DNA from: a virus
Taxonomy: Duplodnaviria > Caudoviricetes
Strand: one strand, 5' to 3'
Length of the DNA stretch: 64,000 nt
Virus record (IMG/VR): IMGVR_UViG_3300021387_000661
Location: 128,001-192,000 of that record
Positions 1 through 9,027 of the stretch are shown piece by piece (position 1 is the stretch's first letter; every line of letters begins with the position of its first letter). The notes below the pieces were generated by a model. The model ran no database searches. It was not told where the DNA came from and worked only from the letters and a program-made list of their open reading frames with translations. A program made the position numbers and the translations under genes.

Positions 1-912
1 ATCTCTGAAATGAAAGAGAAACCTAAATATCTTCTTCTTGAGAATGTTGATAGGATGATCATCTCACCTGCACAGCAAAGGGGTAGGGATTTTGCTCTCA
101 TCCTACAATCATTGGTCAATCTTGGGTATAATATTGAATGGAGGGTCATTAATGCTGCTGAATATGGATTTCCCCAGAAAAGAAAAAGAATATTCCTTTT
201 TGCATTTCTTACTGGAGAATTTGAAGTAAAGAGTCCAGATTCCTGGTTATATAAAGAAGGAATCCTTGCAAAAGCATTCCCAGTAAAAGAAGATATTGAA
301 ATTGGTCTTTGGGGACTTGATAGAAGAAAATTGGATTCAGACCTGGTTTATATATCAGACCATTTCAATGAGAATAATATCATAGACCACCCATTTGAAA
401 ATGCAGGAGTTGTAATAGATGGTTATATTTCTACTACAAAGGTCAAAACAGACTATTCTGGGTCATTTATGACACTGGGAGGTGTTCTTGCCCAGGGTGA
501 TGATAGAAAGCTCATTACAGAAGACTATTATCTTTCTGATGATGAGATTGAAAAGTGGAAGTATTCCAAAGGAAACAAGTCATTTGAGAGGACAAATAAA
601 GATGGATATACATACACTTACACAGAAGGTGCAATGCCTTTTCCTGACCCTCTTGATAGACCGGCAAGGACATTGATAACAAGTGAGGTATCAACAACAC
701 CAAACAGATTCACCCATATCATAAAAGACCCAGAAACTGGTAAATTAAGGCGTCTAATCCCTCTTGAACTGGAAAGGATACAGATGTTCCCAGATAACCA
801 CACAGAGGGTATTACAGACAAAAAGAGAGGGTTTCTGATGGGTAATGCACTTGTATGTGGAATTGTGGAAAGAATTGGTAAGGAATTGAAGAGTAGAATT
901 TATGATTTATAA
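1..912 (+). CDS. C5-cytosine DNA methyltransferase, 5'-truncated by the window edge; resembles Sau3AI-type (GATC) enzymes
   Basis: Motif VI ENV (LLLENVDRMIISPAQQRGRDF), VIII QKRKRIF, IX LRRLIPLELERIQMFPD, X MGNAL; frame is open to position 1. Specificity is recalled similarity only. Confidence 0.9.
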   Translation: MSEMKEKPKYLLLENVDRMIISPAQQRGRDFALILQSLVNLGYNIEWRVINAAEYGFPQKRKRIFLFAFLTGEFEVKSPDSWLYKEGILAKAFPVKEDIEIGLWGLDRRKLDSDLVYISDHFNENNIIDHPFENAGVVIDGYISTTKVKTDYSGSFMTLGGVLAQGDDRKLITEDYYLSDDEIEKWKYSKGNKSFERTNKDGYTYTYTEGAMPFPDPLDRPARTLITSEVSTTPNRFTHIIKDPETGKLRRLIPLELERIQMFPDNHTEGITDKKRGFLMGNALVCGIVERIGKELKSRIYDL

Positions 913-922
913 ATTGTGAATT

Positions 923-1252
923 ATGGCAACCTATTTAGAATATCTGTCATTTAAATCTCGTTTGCCCTGGTACAAGAAGATTCTGTTTCCTTTGTTTTTG
1001 AATAAGAAGGAATATGATGAATATATCATGATAACAACAGAGGAAAAGACTGAACTGGATAAAGCCAGGGATCATTATTTCTTCTGTTGGAATGAGTATA
1101 TGAAAAATCCCACATATCAAACAAAGGTGAGTATGGAACATGCAAGGGATATTGTCAAGATGTATTTAAGACAGGAAAATAGGTATTATGAAGATACTTA
1201 CAGGTCAAATGAAGATGTGAATTATTTATTAAGAAGAAATATATTAGTATGA
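923..1252 (+). CDS. hypothetical protein
   Basis: ORF packed between neighbours, 4-nt overlap with the next gene. Confidence 0.6.
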   Translation: MATYLEYLSFKSRLPWYKKILFPLFLNKKEYDEYIMITTEEKTELDKARDHYFFCWNEYMKNPTYQTKVSMEHARDIVKMYLRQENRYYEDTYRSNEDVNYLLRRNILV

Positions 1253-1731
1253 AAATAACAGATAAATATGTGTTCTTCTGGAAGGAAGACCCATTTTGTA
1301 ATTTCACCAGGTGTGAGATAAATTATGATGGGAATATGTTCTCATCATCAGAGCAGATGTTTATGTGGTTCAAGGCAGATTATTTTAAGGATTATGAAAC
1401 TGCTGAAAAGATTCTGAAAACAAATGACCCCGAGACTGCAAGAAAACTTGGAAGGATGGTGAAAAACTACAATGATGCAGAATGGAATAAGGCAAGAGTT
1501 TGGTATATGTATCTGGTTGTATTACAAAAGTTTATGCAGAATGAGGATTTGAGAAAAAAACTGTGTGATCCGAAGTATGATGGGAAACAGTTTGTAGAGG
1601 CTGCTTATTATGACAGGATTTGGGGAATAGGATACAATGAGAATGATGCTCTCATCACACCAGAGTATAAATGGGGAAGAAATGAACTTGGAAAGGTACT
1701 CAATAAGGTAAGAGATTTTTTAAATAGATGA
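1249..1731 (+). CDS. NADAR (YbiA / T4 gp30.3-like) family protein
   Basis: SEQMFMWFKA..F.D, ARKLGR.V, VEAA.YDRIWGIG, GRNELGK motifs. Confidence 0.9.
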   Translation: MKITDKYVFFWKEDPFCNFTRCEINYDGNMFSSSEQMFMWFKADYFKDYETAEKILKTNDPETARKLGRMVKNYNDAEWNKARVWYMYLVVLQKFMQNEDLRKKLCDPKYDGKQFVEAAYYDRIWGIGYNENDALITPEYKWGRNELGKVLNKVRDFLNR

Positions 1732-2261
1732 AAGTAACCACATTGGATGAAATAATTGAGAAGGATGTTCCGGAAGAACTCTACTTCAAGAAGAAGGACT
1801 GGGAGAAAAGGAAATATCTCAGGACTACTCTTCCTATGATGTGTACTGTTGATGGAGATGATGTCTATCTGTTTGCTGAAGGAATCAAACCTCCACAAAT
1901 CCTGAAACAGAAAAGGACAGAAGATGAGAAGTTGAGAAGACACAGGTTCGGAGACAAGGGAAAGAAGTTTGGAAAAGGTGTCTATGCTGAACCAACAGGA
2001 GATGGATATTCTAATACACTCACCACATTCTCAATGGACAACTATGTGTGGGACAGGAACTACAAAGTAAGGGAACTGACAGACAGGGAGGCATTCAGAC
2101 TGATGGATGTGGATCCAGATGATGTTCAGAAGATATTGGATGCTGTTCCATCTAAATTCAGAAAAAAACTTGCTGGGAACAGTATTGCCGTCAATGTGAT
2201 GACTGAGATATTCAGAAATTTGTTTAATGAAAGGGTAAATCCTGAAAAACCATTATTTTGA
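1728..2261 (+). CDS. stand-alone C5-MTase C-terminal subunit (TRD + motifs IX/X)
   Basis: VRELTDREAFRLM (IX), LAGNSIAVNVM (X), TRD-like SNTLTT; no motifs I-VIII. Confidence 0.85.
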   Translation: MKVTTLDEIIEKDVPEELYFKKKDWEKRKYLRTTLPMMCTVDGDDVYLFAEGIKPPQILKQKRTEDEKLRRHRFGDKGKKFGKGVYAEPTGDGYSNTLTTFSMDNYVWDRNYKVRELTDREAFRLMDVDPDDVQKILDAVPSKFRKKLAGNSIAVNVMTEIFRNLFNERVNPEKPLF

Positions 2262-2542
2262 TTATGGAAAATGCTGTTTATTTTAAATGTAGAAATTTCA
2301 ATTTAGGTAATTGGAATGATATATTAAATATTCAAAAATCTTGGCCAACAGATGAAGTTATTATATTTAATAAAGGTACAGAAAATGAATGTGAAGTGAA
2401 ATATATGACATATTCAAGGATTGATAAATATCCAATATTTAAACTCATCAAAGGTGAGAATAAAAATGTTGAATCAGGTGTATCTGGTTATATAAATGAT
2501 ACTTTGTTTGAGTGTAAAGATGTTGTTATTATTGAAGTATGA
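2258..2542 (+). CDS. hypothetical protein
   Basis: Coupled ORF in the operon. Confidence 0.55.
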   Translation: MIMENAVYFKCRNFNLGNWNDILNIQKSWPTDEVIIFNKGTENECEVKYMTYSRIDKYPIFKLIKGENKNVESGVSGYINDTLFECKDVVIIEV

Positions 2543-2772
2543 AACCAGAAGAATTAAAAAATGGACTTGTTGTTGTCCATGTAAAGCATAACAGACTTTA
2601 CATTATTGTTGAATGTAATATGATGATGAAGGATTCTGTAAATGGATGGGTTGATGCAGTAATTTACAAACCACTGTATGATAATGAATATAACTGTTTT
2701 GTCAGGGAGAAACAATCATTCTTAGATGAATTTAAAATTGTAGAACTTAAATCCTATGTTTATAAATTTTAG
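2539..2772 (+). CDS. DUF1653-like small protein
   Basis: H.K..LY.IV...AVIYKPLY....FVRE...F..EF pattern. Confidence 0.55.
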   Translation: MKPEELKNGLVVVHVKHNRLYIIVECNMMMKDSVNGWVDAVIYKPLYDNEYNCFVREKQSFLDEFKIVELKSYVYKF

Positions 2773-2799
2773 AATTTGAAACTTATATATTAAAGTAAT

Positions 2800-3291
2800 A
2801 TGAAACATTTAGTAGTAATTGCAGAAAAAGAAGAATTGAAACTTGTTGAGCAATTGGGATATAATCATTATCCTGTTCTCATTACAGGTGTTGGTGCATT
2901 GAATGTCATTGAGGCATTGAAGGATATACCAAGGGATACAGTTATCTATAATATTGGATATGCTGGTAGTAAAAACCTTGAACCTGGTAAATTTTATGCC
3001 ATTGACAGGGTTTCACTTTATCATCAGAATGTAAAGTATGATGAACCATCATATTCATTGGGTTATATTCCTTGGGCAAAAGAAGTAGAACCTGAAGAAG
3101 ATTCATATATGAGGCCTATAAAATGTCTGACAGGAACTGATTTTGTACTTGAATCAAACATTGAAGATTGTGTGTTTGATATGGAATTGGCATATATCAA
3201 GGTATTGGGGTTTGAAAATGTCATTGCATATAAGTATGTAAGTGACAATCTTGACCTCAATCAATATAGAATCAAATTCAATGAGGAATGA
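2800..3291 (+). CDS. nucleoside phosphorylase / MTA-SAH nucleosidase-like protein (PNP_UDP_1 fold)
   Basis: ITGVGALN, NIGYAGS, TGTDFV, DMELA, YVSD motifs. Confidence 0.75.
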   Translation: MKHLVVIAEKEELKLVEQLGYNHYPVLITGVGALNVIEALKDIPRDTVIYNIGYAGSKNLEPGKFYAIDRVSLYHQNVKYDEPSYSLGYIPWAKEVEPEEDSYMRPIKCLTGTDFVLESNIEDCVFDMELAYIKVLGFENVIAYKYVSDNLDLNQYRIKFNEE

Positions 3292-3619
3292 TGTCCATAT
3301 TGTGAAGGTTGGACCCCATCAGCAGGATACAGTGATGTACACTGACGGGGTCTGCCGCTGTATCTGTGTGGGTCAGCACAACAACACCAACAGTTACCTC
3401 AAAATCTTGGATAAGGGAAGAATCAGGAAGATGACCACCAAGGAGATAGGGAGACTGATGGGTGTGGATGATTCTGATATTGATAAGATGACAGGTGTCC
3501 TTGCACCTGGTGTGGTCAATTCACTCTTTGGTAATTCCATTGTGGTGGATGTGATGACAGAGATGTTCAGGGAACTTTTTTATGAAGACAGGAAATTAAG
3601 TGAAATTAAATTGTTTTAA
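3281..3619 (+). CDS. stand-alone C5-MTase C-terminal subunit (short TRD + motifs IX/X)
   Basis: Likely ATG at 3281; HQQDTVMYTDGVCRCI (TRD-like), RIRKMTTKEIGRLMG (IX), FGNSIVVDVM (X). Confidence 0.85.
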   Translation: MRNDVHIVKVGPHQQDTVMYTDGVCRCICVGQHNNTNSYLKILDKGRIRKMTTKEIGRLMGVDDSDIDKMTGVLAPGVVNSLFGNSIVVDVMTEMFRELFYEDRKLSEIKLF

Positions 3620-3621
3620 AT

Positions 3622-3798
3622 ATGTTGACACAAGAAGAAAAGAAGACAATATGCTTGTTGTTGAGAAGGGAAACTGCTTGTGGAATGATGGATGCTTCAC
3701 GGGCAATTGATGAGCTAATAAAAGCACTTAAAATGAAACCTAAATACATTATGGATGCACCACAAAACATTAAAATAACTTGGGAATATTATGACTAA
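3622..3798 (+). CDS. 58-aa protein resembling the EF-Ts N-terminal UBA-like domain (below ORF-track cutoff)
   Basis: Hand translation MLTQEEKKTICLLLRRETACGMMDASRAIDEL...; compare EF-Ts LRxxTGxGMMDCKKAL. Confidence 0.5.
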   Translation: MLTQEEKKTICLLLRRETACGMMDASRAIDELIKALKMKPKYIMDAPQNIKITWEYYD

Positions 3799-4045
3799 AG
3801 CAGAATATTTTACAAATAAATATCATTGTCATATAAGTTGTACTCCTGAAATTGATAAATGCAAGAATTGTCCTATTTTGAGAGTACTTAAAGAAATATA
3901 TGGGGAGGAAAAAGTATGACAAAAGAAGAAGCAATCAATGAATTGAGGGAATTACTTAATTATTGGAGATACATCAAGATGTATGATAATAAAAGTGAAC
4001 AGGATGCTGTTGAATTTGCAATAAACTATATGGAGGATAAAGTGT

Positions 4046-4517
4046 ATGACTAATGATGAAATAACAAGATACATCCAGGAGAAGTGGAGTAACTATTCAA
4101 GGGGACTGGCAATGTCCTTTGCATTCAGGAAAGACAAGAACTATACTTTTGAGGATGTGAAGGATGCATTCTCATCTGGTGCCTGGGAAATAATCCAGCT
4201 TTTGATTAAGAATAATATTAATAAAGAGGATTTGAAATATGAATAAAGAAACTATTGACAGACTGGTGAAACAGTACGGAGACAGATGGATGCTCAGAGA
4301 CCTTGACTTCTTCCCTGAGAAGTTGAGTGATGCTTGTAGGATATATCCTTACAAGGTTGAGACTTTTATGAAAGTGGTCACTGGTAATGGGTTTATCTCT
4401 TTTGAAACTGAAAAAGAAGCTCTTGATGCAAGTATCCAGATTTATGAGAAAGTACTTCATAAACAAGTACCATATGGTCTTCTTCACAGGTATTATCTTA
4501 CAGATTCTGAGAAATAA
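4046..4517 (+). CDS. two small hypothetical proteins (4046-4246, 4239-4517)
   Basis: Overlapping co-directional ORFs. Confidence 0.55.
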
Positions 4518-4530
4518 TTTGTTATATTTA
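4518..4530 (+). promoter_or_regulatory. recurrent early/middle promoter motif TTTGTTAT(A/C)TTTA (representative copy)
   Basis: Also at 7034, 19099, 19557, 21791, 24444, 43432, 44495, 50338, 51363, each just upstream of a + strand start codon. Confidence 0.8.
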
Positions 4531-4534
4531 TAGT

Positions 4535-4756
4535 ATGAAGAAGTACTACAGGATCAGGAAGATGACACCCAGGGAATGTTATAGATTAATGGGTGTGGAG
4601 GATACAGACACAGATAAATTATTTGAAACAGATTTGAAAGACTCAAATCACTATAAACTTGCAGGTAATTCTATTGTTGTGGATTGTATGGTTCATATGT
4701 TTGACAAGTTGTTCTTTAACAGGAATGAACCTAAAAAGAAAATTACATTATGGTAA
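4535..4756 (+). CDS. minimal C5-MTase C-terminal subunit (motifs IX/X only, no TRD)
   Basis: YRIRKMTPRECYRLMG, YKLAGNSIVVDCM. Confidence 0.88.
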   Translation: MKKYYRIRKMTPRECYRLMGVEDTDTDKLFETDLKDSNHYKLAGNSIVVDCMVHMFDKLFFNRNEPKKKITLW

Positions 4757-5487
4757 AGAAATATACAAAAGAAAACCCATTGAGAGTGTTCACAGCATTC
4801 TCTGGTTATGATTCCCAGTGTTTGGCACTCAACAGACTGGGGATTGATTATGATTTGGTTGGTTGGTCAGAGATAGACCCTGCTGCCATCAAGGCACATA
4901 ATGCTCTGTTCCCACAGTATGCTGATAGGAATTATGGTGACATCTCCAAGATTGACTGGTCGCAAGTTCCTGATTTTGACCTGTTTACTTACAGCTTTCC
5001 TTGCACGGATCTGTCAAATGCTGGAAGACAGGCTGGATTTGATGAAGGTTCTGGTACCAGGTCATCACTTCTTTGGGAGTGTAGAAAAGCAATATCAGTA
5101 AAGAGACCTAAATATATGATGCTTGAAAATGTGAAGGCTCTTCTTTCAGATAAATTTGTTGATCTTTTTAAAAAATGGTGTGAAGAACTTGAATCATATG
5201 GTTATGTGAACTATTATGATATTCTCAATTCAAAAGATTTTGGTGTGCCTCAATCCAGAGAAAGGGTATTTGTGATCTCCATTCTCAAGACTGAAGATGA
5301 ACCAGAACCTTATTATGAGTTCCCAAGACCAATTCCACTCAAGAAGACAGTTGAAGACTTGTTGGAAGATAATGTTCCTGAAAAGTATTATATGAAGCAG
5401 GAGGTCACTGACAGATATGTTCAGACTATGAGTGTAGAACATTCAAAGGATGAGAGTGTTGAACAGCCAGATGAAGAACTATGGTAA
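4750..5487 (+). CDS. C5-MTase catalytic N-terminal subunit (motifs I-VIII)
   Basis: FSGYDS (I), SEID (II), GDISKI (III), SFPCTDLS (IV), ENV (VI), QSRERVF (VIII); ends before TRD and IX/X. Confidence 0.92.
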   Translation: MVKKYTKENPLRVFTAFSGYDSQCLALNRLGIDYDLVGWSEIDPAAIKAHNALFPQYADRNYGDISKIDWSQVPDFDLFTYSFPCTDLSNAGRQAGFDEGSGTRSSLLWECRKAISVKRPKYMMLENVKALLSDKFVDLFKKWCEELESYGYVNYYDILNSKDFGVPQSRERVFVISILKTEDEPEPYYEFPRPIPLKKTVEDLLEDNVPEKYYMKQEVTDRYVQTMSVEHSKDESVEQPDEELW

Positions 5488-5882
5488 AGAATTATAGTAA
5501 CCTCACTCTTGAAGAAATAGAATCCAAGATTGAGAAGAATGATGATATATTACATAAAATCTGGGATTCTGATGGTGGTGATTCCTGGGAAAAGTACAAG
5601 GTAAAGTGTCAGCCTTACTGGGATGATAATGAAGCACTTTATGCAGCAAAATCATTAAAAGAAACCCCGGAAATGAGTCCATTCAGTGATTTGGACAGGA
5701 AGTGTTTGATGACAATAGATAAATTTAAAGCTTATTGTGAATTTGGAGCTATTATGGACTCTGATGGTTTTGGGTATTATGCCACTGATAAGGAAGTGTC
5801 CAATATTGAGGCCAGTCCAAGAGCATTTGAAAAGGGAATTATCAGACCAGATTTTACACATATTTGTTGGTATAATAAGTGA
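5481..5882 (+). CDS. hypothetical phage protein
   Basis: Coupled ORF; DSDGFGYYA...THICWYNK. Confidence 0.6.
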   Translation: MVKNYSNLTLEEIESKIEKNDDILHKIWDSDGGDSWEKYKVKCQPYWDDNEALYAAKSLKETPEMSPFSDLDRKCLMTIDKFKAYCEFGAIMDSDGFGYYATDKEVSNIEASPRAFEKGIIRPDFTHICWYNK

Positions 5883-5883
5883 T

Positions 5884-6225
5884 ATGAATAAGAAAGCAAT
5901 AAATACCTGTGAGGACGGAACTTGCAGAACCATTGTTGCCTGGTATGCCAAAGGCGGACGAAGTAATTTCGCAGCTTGGAATGGACCAGACAGGTTTTTA
6001 ATGACAGCAGTCCTTGAAGAATATGACCCATTTGAGTGTATGGAACTTAAAGAAAGATATATAGTTGACCACCAGGGATATGGCCAGGCAAATCCAAAGC
6101 CAGGGTCTCATATGGTCATTTCATCCAGTAAGGATGTATGTACTACTTTAACTACCTTCTGTGGTCTAAACAAAGCAGTAGTTGAGGTTTATGAAGATGA
6201 TGAAAATTCAGATAGTGATAAATAA
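5884..6225 (+). CDS. putative stand-alone MTase target-recognition-domain (TRD) protein
   Basis: ATG at 5884; two TRD-like units (INTCEDGTCRTIVAWYAK...TAVLE and SKDVCTTLTT...AVVE) like the variable regions of C5-MTases; no catalytic motifs. Confidence 0.55.
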   Translation: MNKKAINTCEDGTCRTIVAWYAKGGRSNFAAWNGPDRFLMTAVLEEYDPFECMELKERYIVDHQGYGQANPKPGSHMVISSSKDVCTTLTTFCGLNKAVVEVYEDDENSDSDK

Positions 6226-6255
6226 ATTTGTTATTATTAAGAATTTATAATTAAA

Positions 6256-7011
6256 TTGATTATGGAAACTGAAAAGAAAGTATCAAGGAACTCTGAAATA
6301 TTCAGGGATGTACTGGAAAGTAAGGGTCTGACATATGCAGATGTATATAGAATCCTCAATTGTGCCGGGATAACTAAATATAATTATATCTTGGATAAGG
6401 ATGGTAATTTTATTGAACAGGAGAATGAAAAATATCTTGGTAAGAGGAGTTTTCATAGTGCTGATGATGGTGCAAGAACACCATTTGAATGTAAAGTGGA
6501 CTGTGTAGTTGGTAATATCCAGGAAGATTTGTTTTGTCTTGATAATAGGGATTTTACTCCAAATTCTGAAGCAACAAACATAAATGTGAAATCAGATAGT
6601 GGGATTACGACAGAAAAACTTGATCTCATTCATAAACCTACTGGTGCCGAGGTTGAATTAAAGACCAGTAGATGTATGGAAATAAATGAGAAATATAATA
6701 CTGTTATATACAAACATCGTGATGCGAAGTTCGCAGAATATTTGAGGAAAGGACACATTATGATTGTTGATTTTCCATATCTTAAAAAAGTTGCGGTCTT
6801 TGATTATAGGAACTTCAAGGATAAGGAAAGGGGAATTTTCAAGGGATCTGTCAATGTCATTAAACCAGATTGGGTTGATGATTGGGGAAAGCATTGGGAC
6901 ATTGTATCGATATGGTCTGGGTTGCTGATTGATTATGATATGATGAAAGGAGGTAATTATAAAATAAGCGATAAGGTTTCATATTTGGTAAATAGTAAAG
7001 GAGTCAAGTAA
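6256..7011 (+). CDS. putative PD-(D/E)xK nuclease
   Basis: KLDLIHKPTGAEVELKTS fits D-Xn-E-x-K; locally richer in CpG than flanks. Confidence 0.45.
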   Translation: MIMETEKKVSRNSEIFRDVLESKGLTYADVYRILNCAGITKYNYILDKDGNFIEQENEKYLGKRSFHSADDGARTPFECKVDCVVGNIQEDLFCLDNRDFTPNSEATNINVKSDSGITTEKLDLIHKPTGAEVELKTSRCMEINEKYNTVIYKHRDAKFAEYLRKGHIMIVDFPYLKKVAVFDYRNFKDKERGIFKGSVNVIKPDWVDDWGKHWDIVSIWSGLLIDYDMMKGGNYKISDKVSYLVNSKGVK

Positions 7012-7074
7012 TTGACTTCTTTTTTTTTAAGATTTTGTTATCTTTATACCATAAGAAACTATAATAAGTTAAAT

Positions 7075-7230
7075 ATGGGTTCAAACAAATTGATAACTGT
7101 TGTTATCCCAAGTGATGAAGAAATTGAAAGACTGAAGGAACTGGGTATTGATATAGAATCACATCTTGTCAGGGTGTTCGTTGATGAATTACATAACAGG
7201 TTACATCCTGGAGATAAAATACAAAAATAG
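7075..7230 (+). CDS. 51-aa protein, paralogue of 22878-23033
   Basis: ATG 7075 follows promoter motif at 7034; MGSNKLITVVIPSDEEIERLKELGIDIESHLVRVFVDELHNRLHPGDK. Confidence 0.75.
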   Translation: MGSNKLITVVIPSDEEIERLKELGIDIESHLVRVFVDELHNRLHPGDKIQK

Positions 7231-7236
7231 TTAGAT

Positions 7237-8401
7237 ATGAAATTGTATATTTTATTGGTGTCTGAATATTCTGGTCCTGCATTTGCATATAATGATAGTC
7301 CCTTGATATTCACTGATGAATCAAAAGTGAACAAGAAAAAGGATGAGATTGATTCTGATATAGACAAGACAGTTTATATGTATAGTGAAGATGTTGATTG
7401 TAGTCCTGGTGATTTGATATATGTCATTTCAGTAGGTCAGTATGTGGATGATGAATATATAAACAAGGAAGTTAAATTCTTCAAGACTATAGATGATGCT
7501 TATGAATATATCAAAACAGTAAAGAATACTGAAAATTATAAATTTTTATACACATCCGAATATTTTGTAAGATGAAGATATTATTGACCAATTCAATGGC
7601 AGATGAACTGCTGTATAATGAAGACCAGATAAAGAATCAGATCGGTGCATACAGACCTCATTATGACCTGGTTACAAAGAGTTATCTACCTGTCATCAAG
7701 TGTTGGCCACTTGAAGATTTCAAAGGTAAATTTAACCAGGAAAGAGAAGTTATTCCAGGAATGGAGAATGAGGTTGCAGACATTGCTCTGGCAACCATGC
7801 AGGATGATATTATTGAATATAAGGTGAGTCCTGTCATTTGGAAGAAAGGAACTCTTGATAACTACAACATCCTGATATATACTCCAAAATTTGATAACAA
7901 GACCATACTCATCACTTCTCCTAACCAGAAAGATTTCTTTGATAAGTTGAAGGAATATCAGATTGTATCAGATACTGACCTTGAAGAGAGGAACAGACAA
8001 AGAATAGCCTGGGATCCATTCATTATTAACAATATTGACAAGTGGTTCTCAAAGTACCAGGGTATTTGCACTTATATCTATCTTATTGGAGATGGTATTG
8101 CAGCTACCGGGAAATGGGACAATAAAAAGGAATGGTAGTTATGGGTTACAGAGTACCAGAAGAATATATAAACAGGAGAGATGTTCAACTACACTTCTAT
8201 TGGCCATATAATAGTATAGAAATTGAACTTTCAAAGAATATCAAGGATGTAATTGCTACTTGGCCAAAAAATAAGCAGAGAAATATTCTGTCTGATATAA
8301 AGACCTCTGTTGAGTATGCCTGTCTATTTGAACAGGCTACACATGATACTTTTGAACAGGGGTATTATCAGATTTTTACTACATTGAGACAAGTTTATTA
8401 G
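7237..8401 (+). CDS. three hypothetical proteins (7237-7575, 7572-8138, 8132-8401)
   Basis: Tightly coupled ORFs with genome-typical codon use. Confidence 0.6.
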
Positions 8402-8403
8402 TT

Positions 8404-9027
8404 ATGGAAACAAGTAAGAGAAGACCTACTATTGCGATAGATGTTGACGGGGTATTGAGGAATAACCTTGGTATCCTTGTCAAGTTGTATAATGACACTT
8501 ACAGGAATGTCTATCACAAGAATCTGGATATGACTGTTGATGATGTCAAGAAGTTTAAGGTGGAAGAATCATTCCCATTGGTGGAAGAGATGACACATGT
8601 GAAACCAAGTGACTTCTTCTTCTGTCTAAATGCAAAACAGGTGTTCCTGGATGCTCCTGCATATGACAACATCAATGATTGTATCAACAGACTGAAGGAG
8701 GTTGCAGATGTGGTCATTGTCACTTATCAGAAGGACTATACCAACAAGAAATATGCTCTTGAGTGGTTGCAGAGAAATAATATTGACCCTAATGGTATCT
8801 GTTTTGTAAGGGATAAGACATTGATACATGCAGATGCACTTATTGATGATAATGACTGGAACTTTCTTGGAACTCATTGTGGCACAGCAGTTTTGGTTAC
8901 TCAACCTTATAATGAGGATGTAAACTTAGATGAACTCATTACCAAGACCAACAGTAAGCAGATAGTGAGGGTTGATTCATTCGAGGACTTCACTGTCAAA
9001 TATCTTAATGGAGAGATAGTATTATGA
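8404..9027 (+). CDS. HAD-family 5'(3')-deoxyribonucleotidase (NT5C-like)
   Basis: IAIDVDGVL (motif I), IVT, DK...LIDD (motif IV). Confidence 0.85.
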   Translation: METSKRRPTIAIDVDGVLRNNLGILVKLYNDTYRNVYHKNLDMTVDDVKKFKVEESFPLVEEMTHVKPSDFFFCLNAKQVFLDAPAYDNINDCINRLKEVADVVIVTYQKDYTNKKYALEWLQRNNIDPNGICFVRDKTLIHADALIDDNDWNFLGTHCGTAVLVTQPYNEDVNLDELITKTNSKQIVRVDSFEDFTVKYLNGEIVL

